From positions 1 through 26,333 of IMG/VR virus record IMGVR_UViG_3300035321_000161: a DNA stretch of 26,333 bases; one strand, given 5' to 3'. The translations under genes and the position numbers were made by a program. The notes beneath the pieces were generated by a model. It was given only the letters and a program-made list of their open reading frames with translations. It did not search any database and was not told the origin of the DNA. The DNA is from a virus. Its lineage: Duplodnaviria; Caudoviricetes. Below, piece by piece: positions 18,500 to 26,333 of this stretch; position 1 is the first letter of the stretch; every line of letters begins with the position of its first letter.

Positions 18500-19902
18500 A
18501 ATGTTAGCTTCGACCATTTATGGTATTCTTCCTCTACTTCTGGAAAAGTTTTTAGAAAGTTTGTTCCACGTCTTTTATCATGTTCATTTACAAATCTTAT
18601 AAAATCTATTCTATTTTTAATTACATGATGATGATTTTCATATCCATCTTCGCTTGTAATTGTAGAAATTTCATATAACCTTTTAAATTTATCTGCTTCC
18701 CATTGGTAAAATCTATTGTTAGATGTACCATACCACGAAGAATTTTGAACATTTTCATGTAAGAATGTTACTTGATCATAAATGTATGATTGAAATTTTT
18801 CTGGCATTATAAAAATAGCTTGATGAGGTGGATATCTCAAATAAGGCACATCGAGTATTATCGGGTGTACTTTTACTCCGTGCCCGCCGTATTCTTTTTT
18901 AATTTCTAAGATATCTTTGCTAAAGTCTTTAAAGCTAAACAGACTTAAAAAATTATATGTACTCATACATGTGAAAGAACAATTGGGCACTTCTCTTAAT
19001 ATACGATGAATATTATCTAACCATTGGTTATAATTAAGCCCATGTCTAATGTATTCAGCTTGTTTTCCGTGTGCTTCTGCACTAGTAAATATTTTAAACT
19101 TTTTTACTTTTCCCTCGTTACAAATAATTTTAATTTTTTCAATAAATTTTTCAAATATTCCATCCGGAATACACATATTACTATTAATAGAAACATCAAG
19201 ATGAGGTCTAGGATTCTCTATTAAATCGTCTAATACACGGAATACATCTTTTGAAAGTAATGGTTCTCCGCCCGTAATCCTAAAATGCTGTAAATCTTTA
19301 GAAACATCAGGCCACCATTTCCAAAATGCTTCTACATAGGGGTTGTGCTCTCGATTAGGAATAGGTAAAGCATTTTGATCTCGTAAGTAATCTATATTGT
19401 TAAAACTATTCAATGTCGGGTACGGACCATGTTGTTGAATTTCTTCCATCCATTTACTACTTACTTGAGGAGAACAGTATGAGCATTTAAAATTACAAAC
19501 ACTACTGAAACTGACTTCAAGATAGCTTGGGTTAACATTATCGTCCCACGGTTTAGATACAATATCTTCTAAATATGACTGAGACCACGGTTCATACGAC
19601 TTATAAGTTCTATCACTTAATCCGGCGCCCTCAGAATCTTCTACTCTCCAGCAATAATCACACTCACTCGGTCTTTCACCATTTAACATCATTTTACGTT
19701 GTTGTTTTTTAAAATTTGTATTATGAAGCGCACTAGGATTATTTTCTAGTTCTTCTAATGGTATCTTATGAGAAGTTGGATGATGACAACTGTGGGTATG
19801 TCCGTTGTGCAAGTGTAGTGTAACTTGTTTCCATTTTGCTATACAAAATGAACAACTCACTTTATCTAATTTTTCTTTCTTAAAAGTATGTATATCTGTC
19901 AT
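18496..19902 (-). CDS. Radical SAM protein with N-terminal twitch-like domain (His-rich variant)
   Basis: CIAKW..HNGHTHSCHH..R..M..G...CDYC, CNFKCSYC, TGGEP and NSN. Confidence 0.92.
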   Translation of the reverse strand: MTDIHTFKKEKLDKVSCSFCIAKWKQVTLHLHNGHTHSCHHPTSHKIPLEELENNPSALHNTNFKKQQRKMMLNGERPSECDYCWRVEDSEGAGLSDRTYKSYEPWSQSYLEDIVSKPWDDNVNPSYLEVSFSSVCNFKCSYCSPQVSSKWMEEIQQHGPYPTLNSFNNIDYLRDQNALPIPNREHNPYVEAFWKWWPDVSKDLQHFRITGGEPLLSKDVFRVLDDLIENPRPHLDVSINSNMCIPDGIFEKFIEKIKIICNEGKVKKFKIFTSAEAHGKQAEYIRHGLNYNQWLDNIHRILREVPNCSFTCMSTYNFLSLFSFKDFSKDILEIKKEYGGHGVKVHPIILDVPYLRYPPHQAIFIMPEKFQSYIYDQVTFLHENVQNSSWYGTSNNRFYQWEADKFKRLYEISTITSEDGYENHHHVIKNRIDFIRFVNEHDKRRGTNFLKTFPEVEEEYHKWSKLTL

Positions 19903-20828
19903 TAACTTTCCGGACTAATAAAATTATTATTATTTCTAGATGGATTTTGGTAAACAGTTTTAAAAAAATTGCTTTGTTCAGCATCCAGCGGTTTAACTGC
20001 TATCGGTATATCTAGCTTATGTTTTAACTTATTTCCATATTCTTCTATAGAGTCTTCTAGTCCGGTCATTGCTACCTTAGGTTCAATTTCATTCCAATAA
20101 TTATTAAGATATTCAAAGTCACGTACATTAATAAAATTCCAGTCTGTACACATAGTTTTGTACAGTCCTTCTCTAGCACCGTAAATAGCCCATTTTCCGT
20201 TTTCTACATCTGCACCTATCATAGTCCAAATATATAATCTATGTAAATTTTTCCAGTGACTCTTAAGTAACTGTTCTTTAGTTACTCCAATACCTTGGTC
20301 TAATGTCATCTTTACACCTTCACGAAATCCAGCACGCCATGCTTGGTGTGGAGTAGCGTTATTCATTATTTCGCTGTAAGTTCCGTTCATTTGTATATAT
20401 TTTATATCCCAACAAAAATCAACCTGTGCATGAGCATTATTTGGATCTGCATTTTCATGTGTACGCATATTAAGAACATAATTTTTTGGCCAGCATTTGA
20501 TTCCACCGTTGCCGTATGTTAATCCATTAATTGTATTTTTAGCAGTCCAACTGATTACACTAGTAGACAAGTTAGCATGTTCTTCAAAATCTATTTCTTG
20601 ATTAAGAAATCGTTCATCTATAATATTATCACCGTCGATTGTAATAAACCGATCAGTTTCGCTTAGTTCTGCACATGCCTTGTGAGCAGCGTCTGATCCT
20701 TCGACTCCGTGTACACGTTTAGCCCAAGGAACTTTACTACACAAATCTGCATAGTTTTTTTCTGCATTTGGTTCATCATATGACAAATATATAATATCAT
20801 AATCTGTTACTCTAAATGTTTTCCCCAT
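19902..20828 (-). CDS. GT-A-like putative glycosyltransferase, paralog of 10430..11110
   Basis: YDIIYLSYDEPNA, AH.ACA, IDGDN, NGLTYGNGGIK and AWRAGFREG. Confidence 0.65.
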   Translation of the reverse strand: MGKTFRVTDYDIIYLSYDEPNAEKNYADLCSKVPWAKRVHGVEGSDAAHKACAELSETDRFITIDGDNIIDERFLNQEIDFEEHANLSTSVISWTAKNTINGLTYGNGGIKCWPKNYVLNMRTHENADPNNAHAQVDFCWDIKYIQMNGTYSEIMNNATPHQAWRAGFREGVKMTLDQGIGVTKEQLLKSHWKNLHRLYIWTMIGADVENGKWAIYGAREGLYKTMCTDWNFINVRDFEYLNNYWNEIEPKVAMTGLEDSIEEYGNKLKHKLDIPIAVKPLDAEQSNFFKTVYQNPSRNNNNFISPES

Positions 20829-21730
20829 TATATAATCCTATAAGAGTATGTGTCAAAAAACTTACTTGTGTACATACTTACTTGTTTATTAGAGCTTTCC
20901 CAATCGTATTTGAAAGGTACAAGTATTTGCCCTTTATCTAATAACTCATCAACAGGTAAAGCAAAATTTCTATATAAAATGTTAGGATCATTCATTTCAG
21001 TAGCAAATACAGATAAGATTGTCTCCTTCATTTTTTCAGAAACTCTAAAACTTACATTATCCTTTATAGTTAAAGATGTTTTAAAGTGCCAACTTTTATC
21101 TTCTATCCTTCTTTCAATAACAAAATCATCAGTTCCTGTTCCTTTTTGATATTGATAAAGTTGATTATAACTTAGATAGGTTTGTCCAACTTTATCAATT
21201 ACTCCAAAATCTAAATTTATATTAGCATCTGCATACAAGATTACATTGTCAAGAATCTTTTCATAATCACTAAGAGAAAAATCTATATTTGCAGGTAAAT
21301 CTTTCGTTGCTCTAAAAACACTATCTCTAAACCATACATGTTGACCTGATAGATGCTCTAGTTCTTTATACCAAACATCAACATATACGACTTTATATAT
21401 TTCTCGGTGATAATAATCATCGTATATTTCTTTAATTTTATATAATCGATCTTTTACTTCATAAGTATTATTTTTAAAATCACGTCTTTTTAGAATATTA
21501 GTTTTCTGTACATTATCATATGTTACTAAGTATTCATTATATTTGTAGCGACCTCTTATTATATCTTTTACTTGATTGTGATTTACTCTTATCATAGGAT
21601 GATCGCTAGATATATCAGTATTTGAAATTTTAAGAATTTCACCCGATAACTCATTGTAATATACATAGCTGTACGCATTAATAGAAATTTGCTTATTTAC
21701 TCTTTTCAAAACGTTTACAAAATCAGACAT
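20828..21730 (-). CDS. Hypothetical protein carrying one copy of the ~80 aa module
   Basis: 300 aa coupled ORF; aa ~112-194 match the modules in the upstream gene. Confidence 0.75.
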   Translation of the reverse strand: MSDFVNVLKRVNKQISINAYSYVYYNELSGEILKISNTDISSDHPMIRVNHNQVKDIIRGRYKYNEYLVTYDNVQKTNILKRRDFKNNTYEVKDRLYKIKEIYDDYYHREIYKVVYVDVWYKELEHLSGQHVWFRDSVFRATKDLPANIDFSLSDYEKILDNVILYADANINLDFGVIDKVGQTYLSYNQLYQYQKGTGTDDFVIERRIEDKSWHFKTSLTIKDNVSFRVSEKMKETILSVFATEMNDPNILYRNFALPVDELLDKGQILVPFKYDWESSNKQVSMYTSKFFDTYSYRII

Positions 21731-23051
21731 TTAAAAATCTTTCTAATTCTATGTTTTCTAGAAAACTTGTTTCGGTATAATGCAAAATACCATTCTGTTT
21801 ATAATTTCCTAATTTAAGATCTAAGTTATTGTTGAAATATACTCCAATCGATTGTTGCCACGAATCTCCGTATCTTTTCCATTCTTGAACACGTGGCTTC
21901 ATATGAGTAAATGTAATTTCTGTATTTCTTTTATTTGTAACTTTATCTTCTATTCCTAATATCATGATTGCTAGTGCCGATGCTACATCAATGCTTAGAT
22001 TAAACGGTGTTTCGTTTGGTAGAAATTTCTCATAAAATATCTTCCAATCCTTACATATTATCTCTAGCATATCAAAAAAGTCATCTGCTAGTTTACATTT
22101 CTTAAAATAATACATACCTGTATATATGTTAGGCAAATTATTAGCAGCAAATGTTTTACGGTATGCATTGCTATTAACTAATTTGTCTCTATATGTTTTT
22201 ACTTGGGTAGTAAAATACAATTCATAATTATCAAAATAGTCCCACCATGATGTTATGTCTTGTAATACAAACATATCGGCATCAAACACAATTGTCTCAT
22301 TATAAGGAGTACTGTGATATACTTTCCAACGATTTTCTATTTTCCATTTAGAATTTGCAGCATCATCGCCGTATGGAATTGGGATAATATGATCAAACAA
22401 GTTTGTGTATTCTTTTGGGATCTCATCATTAGTCATAATAGATATTTTTGCATTAGCATTAAATTTATGTAGACTTGCTGCTAGATAACATGCTTGTTTT
22501 ACATAATCATTCAATACTATAGGTTCTAATTGGTGTAAATGATTGTAGTATAAAACTTTATCGCCCGCCATGGCATCTTCGAACCATAATGATTTATTTG
22601 CATCTTCGTATAATTTTATGTCTGTCACAATTATATCAGCAGTTGTTTCATCTACAATCTTACTGTCATATTTCATTCTGTATACTATATTGTCTTTAAA
22701 AACATGCTGGCCTGTTACATATGATAATTCTTTATAATATACATCAATAAATATGCCTTTATAAATTGATTTTAGTTTATAAGGCTTTTTATCGTCTTCT
22801 TCCTTAATTGTGTAAAGTTTGTTATTCGATAAAACTAAATCGTTTAGATGAGCGCGATGAAAATTTAAATTATTGTTTTCATCATCAATTAATCTAACAT
22901 TTTTTATAATTAGCTCTAAATTTAATTCTTCAAAATTTGCGTTTGGTGCACTAGTTGTCTTTAATTTATAGACACATTTATTATTATATATATGCTGTCC
23001 TTTAATATAAACTAGTTCTTTATACCACACGTCAACGTGAATGCCTTCGTA
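21149..23051 (-). repeat. Three dispersed copies of an ~80 aa protein module (about 21149-21397, 22527-22763, 22806-23051)
   Basis: VDVWYKELEHLSGQHVW / IDVYYKELSYVTGQHVF / VDVWYKELVYIKGQHIY, each followed by I...V.L..D.N..L.F and N.L[YH]. Confidence 0.85.
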
Positions 23052-23135
23052 TTGAGGCTGAAGACTATGATTAGGAGCAATTCTGTAGTTATAATCAATA
23101 TTATTTTGTGCTACAATAACATATCCTTTACTCAT
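21723..23135 (-). CDS. GT-A glycosyltransferase-like protein with two inserted repeat modules
   Basis: GYVIVAQNN, DYVKQA..LA.S, TPYNETIVFDAD (DxD), Y.G.YYF.K and THMK. Confidence 0.7.
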   Translation of the reverse strand: MSKGYVIVAQNNIDYNYRIAPNHSLQPQYEGIHVDVWYKELVYIKGQHIYNNKCVYKLKTTSAPNANFEELNLELIIKNVRLIDDENNNLNFHRAHLNDLVLSNNKLYTIKEEDDKKPYKLKSIYKGIFIDVYYKELSYVTGQHVFKDNIVYRMKYDSKIVDETTADIIVTDIKLYEDANKSLWFEDAMAGDKVLYYNHLHQLEPIVLNDYVKQACYLAASLHKFNANAKISIMTNDEIPKEYTNLFDHIIPIPYGDDAANSKWKIENRWKVYHSTPYNETIVFDADMFVLQDITSWWDYFDNYELYFTTQVKTYRDKLVNSNAYRKTFAANNLPNIYTGMYYFKKCKLADDFFDMLEIICKDWKIFYEKFLPNETPFNLSIDVASALAIMILGIEDKVTNKRNTEITFTHMKPRVQEWKRYGDSWQQSIGVYFNNNLDLKLGNYKQNGILHYTETSFLENIELERFLNV

Positions 23136-23964
23136 TTATTACCCTCTCTAAACTAAACTTATTCATTACGTGTACATCTAATCCGCTTGTACTTAATAAA
23201 GTATATTGTCCTTCGTACTTTTTTTTATGAACTAAGAACGTAATATTTTCATTTTTGATATTCCATAATATATCTTTGTCGATTGCAAAATAATGCTTTC
23301 CAGGTAATTGAGTAGAAACAACATTATTTCCTGTAAACCCGTTCATAATATGTATTGCAATACTAAATGCAAAGTCATTTCTAAATAAATTTGAATTAAT
23401 ATCGTATGTATTTTGGTAATATTTCCAGTTTTCTTCTATATGATCTATAAGATTAAAATATATATCGTTCTTTTTAGACTTTTCAAAGTACACTACAGTA
23501 GCCCAATAAAAATCTATACTCTTATCGCTTATATATTTAAACTCGCTAACATCTCTTACATTTGAAATTTCATAACTGTCTTTAAACATCATTAAATCAG
23601 CAGTGATATCAAAACAGCTATTAAGGATATTACTAGAAACTAGATAATCAGTATCCATCAAAATAGTCTGATCATATGGTGATTTATAATAAGCAATCGA
23701 TCTATTATAATTTTTAAACATTAATATTTTGTGAGACATAGCTCCATCATAATAAATTTTATTGTTATTAAATGTTTTATAGTCAGTAGATACTACTTTA
23801 TCAAATATATCATTTGATGTTTCTACTGCATAATCAGGACTATCTGTTATTAATGTTACTGGTAGCTTTAAATATTGATGTATACGCTTTGCACAAAATA
23901 TTGCTTGTTTGACATAATCAACAGCACCATTATTATTTGCAATTAATACTACTCCTTTAGTCAT
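23128..23964 (-). CDS. GT-A glycosyltransferase-like protein
   Basis: GVVLIANNN..DYVKQA, SPYDQTILMDTD (DxD), FRNDFAFSIA and HVMNK. AAGGAG near the start region. Confidence 0.7.
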   Translation of the reverse strand: MTKGVVLIANNNGAVDYVKQAIFCAKRIHQYLKLPVTLITDSPDYAVETSNDIFDKVVSTDYKTFNNNKIYYDGAMSHKILMFKNYNRSIAYYKSPYDQTILMDTDYLVSSNILNSCFDITADLMMFKDSYEISNVRDVSEFKYISDKSIDFYWATVVYFEKSKKNDIYFNLIDHIEENWKYYQNTYDINSNLFRNDFAFSIAIHIMNGFTGNNVVSTQLPGKHYFAIDKDILWNIKNENITFLVHKKKYEGQYTLLSTSGLDVHVMNKFSLERVINE

Positions 23965-24310
23965 TGTTTACTAATGATCCAATATCTCTATTTTTTGCCA
24001 GTTCAGTATACTTTTGATGATACTTGTTTGATGTTTCAAAATATTTTGAAAGTATCTCGTCTAAAAACATTTCAAGATTGTCAATTTGAATCGGTGTATC
24101 ATTATCATCAACTAGGATAATATTTTCAATATTACCTTTTTCAACAAGTAACGTTACAAACGTAATAAGTTCTTTAGTGATCGTAAATTGCCCACCTTGC
24201 ACAAAATATAGCAACGACTGAAAATAATTTTCCTTGATCATTCTCTTTTGATTATTTATTGTTGTGATATAGTTTGAAAACTCAAGTGCTTGCGATAATC
24301 TTTCGTCCAT
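23957..24310 (-). CDS. Hypothetical protein (117 aa), first gene after the promoter
   Basis: AGGAG Shine-Dalgarno (24321-24317) 6 nt before the ATG. Confidence 0.8.
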   Translation of the reverse strand: MDERLSQALEFSNYITTINNQKRMIKENYFQSLLYFVQGGQFTITKELITFVTLLVEKGNIENIILVDDNDTPIQIDNLEMFLDEILSKYFETSNKYHQKYTELAKNRDIGSLVNND

Positions 24311-24330
24311 AAAATACTCCTATTTTCATT

Positions 24331-24359
24331 ATTATAACATAAAATTAAGAGCGTGTCAA
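24331..24359 (-). promoter_or_regulatory. Consensus sigma70-type promoter with extended -10
   Basis: TTGACA (24359-24354), 17 nt spacer ending TGT, TATAAT (24336-24331), followed by AGGAG and ATG. Confidence 0.88.
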
Positions 24360-25342
24360 GAGCCTGATGATAAATTTGTTATTACAGCATAAGTCGGTTC
24401 GTTTACTTTTACAGTGTCATAGGTAGTAGTGCCTATTGTAACTTCACCCCATGGTTTTACAGCTTCGACTTGGCTTGTTAAAGTTCCTAACACTAACTCA
24501 TCTACGTCCGGAAATCCATCATTTGCATCAGCTGGTGTTAGTGCAGAGTTATTTACATCGTCGTATGTAATTCTAAAATCTAAGCGAGAATCACTTACTT
24601 CTTTTACCTCAACTGTGTAAATATTCGGTGTATAAGCCACTGGGCTTCTAGCAAATAATTGGGTATAGGTATTATTTGTAGAGATATTATAATTTCCAAA
24701 CTGGTTTAAAAAAACAACATTAGCGCCATCGGAAGTGTAAGAATCATTGTAGCTAAAATTTAAAGTTCCATAATCAAGCGCATTTGCCCAATCAGAACCT
24801 TTGGCTGAGGTGTCGCCTGTCAAATTAGAACTAATACGAATTATTCCTCCAGCATTAAAATAATGTCTTCTATGTTCAGCACTTGACCATGTAAGACTAA
24901 ATTCGTGAATTAATTGCTGATTCCATCCTGTATTACGTTGGTTAGCAGCATAAGCAACCTCGTCTACTTGAGAAGTATGAACAACAAATTTATCTGTTTC
25001 TATAGTAGTAATAAGAGATTGCAAATTAGTATAATAAACATGCTCTACTAAATCTGTATTAGTGGTGTTTGTTGCATAGTCACCTGTAACAAAGTCCTCT
25101 ATTGTAAAATTATCTGCACCAATTTGATGCACTCTTGATCTGACTACATCTATATAGAGATCTTCGTATTGTTGTGCTGTAATCAATGTAGTTTGCGGAG
25201 CAGTTGGTTCGTGCGTATCACTATTACTAGATTGTCCCCACCCAGTTTGAGGTGATCCAGGCAAACTAGTTGTTAATATAGCAGATATTTGATCTTGTAA
25301 ACTGTTATAATTAGCAGCAGTAATTTTTATTGTTGTGGGCAT
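24356..25342 (-). CDS. Putative virion structural protein (tail/baseplate-associated?)
   Basis: Acidic, T/S/N/D-rich and Cys-free with a beta-strand pattern; RRHYFNAGG.IRI motif; paralog of the upstream gene. The structural role is inferred from composition. Confidence 0.5.
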   Translation of the reverse strand: MPTTIKITAANYNSLQDQISAILTTSLPGSPQTGWGQSSNSDTHEPTAPQTTLITAQQYEDLYIDVVRSRVHQIGADNFTIEDFVTGDYATNTTNTDLVEHVYYTNLQSLITTIETDKFVVHTSQVDEVAYAANQRNTGWNQQLIHEFSLTWSSAEHRRHYFNAGGIIRISSNLTGDTSAKGSDWANALDYGTLNFSYNDSYTSDGANVVFLNQFGNYNISTNNTYTQLFARSPVAYTPNIYTVEVKEVSDSRLDFRITYDDVNNSALTPADANDGFPDVDELVLGTLTSQVEAVKPWGEVTIGTTTYDTVKVNEPTYAVITNLSSGS

Positions 25343-26333
25343 CTAAACTCCCTGATATAGTTCAGTGACTATTTCATATAAAGGCGGCGGTACTTCTACA
25401 TTAAAAATATCATCTGCTGGCTCAGAGAAAACACCTTTTGCTCTAAAATGTCCTATTATAGCGGACATATCTCCTAATACTAGATCATCTATTTCTCCAG
25501 ATACTGCTGCATCATCAAATTCATATTTAAATTCAATAATCCTATCAGCAAGTAATTTTGCACTAATCCTAAACGTGTTTGCTGCATAAATTCCGCCTAA
25601 ACTAATACCTGAACTAGATTTAGAAAATAAAAGTTTATAATCGTTAAAGTCTAAATCATTATTTCCTATAGGATATACAATACCTTGTGATGTTCCGATA
25701 GTTTCATCGTATCCAAATTTTACAATTCCAGCTAAACTTAGCAGTTGCGACCAATCTCCTGCCTTAGAACCTTCTGGTAAAGATAAACTTGCTTCCATTC
25801 GTATTTCGCCGCCGCTGTTAAAAAATGCACGGCGATGATCATATGAGTCGAATACTGCTTTTACAACAAAATTAATTGTACTATTCCATCCGTCTGTTCT
25901 TTCTGAAATAGCTGGTAATCCGGTATTGGCTAATGTTCCTGTTTCTGATACACCTTGAGTTGAATGGCAAATAAATTTATCTAGTTCTATATTATCCATT
26001 AATAATTCAAAATCAGCAAATCCTTTAGCAAACCCTTCTGGGTCAACTGTTTCAATACCATCATTATCTACAAAGAAACTTTCTCCATCTGCAATAACAT
26101 TACTATCTTTTATTACGCGAGTATTTTTAATAACGTCAGTTATTTCATTATTATCTAAACCAATTTGATGGATTCGAGCTCTTAACAAATCAACATATAG
26201 TTCATTTATGTCAGATGCCGTTGCAATATTTCTATTACTAAGGGGGTCCGATGATACTTGTGAGCTAGTTTCTGCTGGTCCATAATTTCCTGTTGATTCG
26301 CTATAACCTTGTTTATAACCAAAGTCTCCGCCG
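25343..26333 (-). CDS. Putative virion structural protein, 5'-truncated by the window edge
   Basis: The frame is open past the track's TTG (26188) to the edge: GGDFGYKQGYSESTGNYGPAETSSQVSSDPLSNRNIATASDINELYVDL-LRARIHQIG, aligning with ITAQQYEDLYIDVVRSRVHQIG of the paralog. Also RRAFFNSGGEIR. Confidence 0.55.
   Translation of the reverse strand, partial: GGDFGYKQGYSESTGNYGPAETSSQVSSDPLSNRNIATASDINELYVDLLRARIHQIGLDNNEITDVIKNTRVIKDSNVIADGESFFVDNDGIETVDPEGFAKGFADFELLMDNIELDKFICHSTQGVSETGTLANTGLPAISERTDGWNSTINFVVKAVFDSYDHRRAFFNSGGEIRMEASLSLPEGSKAGDWSQLLSLAGIVKFGYDETIGTSQGIVYPIGNNDLDFNDYKLLFSKSSSGISLGGIYAANTFRISAKLLADRIIEFKYEFDDAAVSGEIDDLVLGDMSAIIGHFRAKGVFSEPADDIFNVEVPPPLYEIVTELYQGV

Noticed and set aside
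25340-25345. In-frame TAG-ATG junction suggesting readthrough or TAG recoding that fuses the two structural genes
   Set aside because: The downstream gene has its own GGAG 5 nt before the ATG. All genes are full length in the standard code with no internal TAG or TGA, so there is no sign of recoding.
486-25589. All plus-strand ORFs in the track (60-164 aa) and the nested minus-strand ORF 5136..5378
   Set aside because: They lie antisense to, or inside, long motif-bearing genes and have no recognisable motifs; most likely shadow ORFs.
1-26333. tRNA, rRNA, intrinsic terminators, introns/inteins, IS elements
   Set aside because: Intergenic gaps are 45 nt or less, and by eye I found no convincing hairpin plus U-tract, splicing motif or transposase.

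Overview
AT-rich, densely packed window with about 28 genes, all on the minus strand and mostly abutting or overlapping. It looks like part of a large (jumbo-type) bacteriophage genome, an inference from gene content, density, Shine-Dalgarno sites and sigma70-type promoters; no hallmark capsid or terminase gene is present. In transcription order (right to left), two paralogous putative virion proteins are followed by a perfect TTGACA-17-TATAAT promoter and a ~24 kb modification cluster. The cluster holds six glycosyltransferase-like genes in three paralog pairs, two SGNH-like proteins and a sugar cassette (cupin, NTP-transferase/kinase fusion, SnoaL, SdhL-type shikimate dehydrogenase homolog, GatZ/KbaZ-like protein). 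It also holds a methyltransferase-like protein with tandem repeats, a nitroreductase, a CMP-sugar synthetase, a 2OG-Fe(II) oxygenase-like protein and six complete radical SAM enzymes, five with an N-terminal twitch domain. A second perfect promoter precedes a seventh, probably leaderless, radical SAM gene that is truncated at the left edge and absent from the ORF track. The dehydrogenase appears to start at ATA. A ~80 aa module occurs three times in two neighbouring genes. All functional calls come from motifs recognised by eye, not from database searches.
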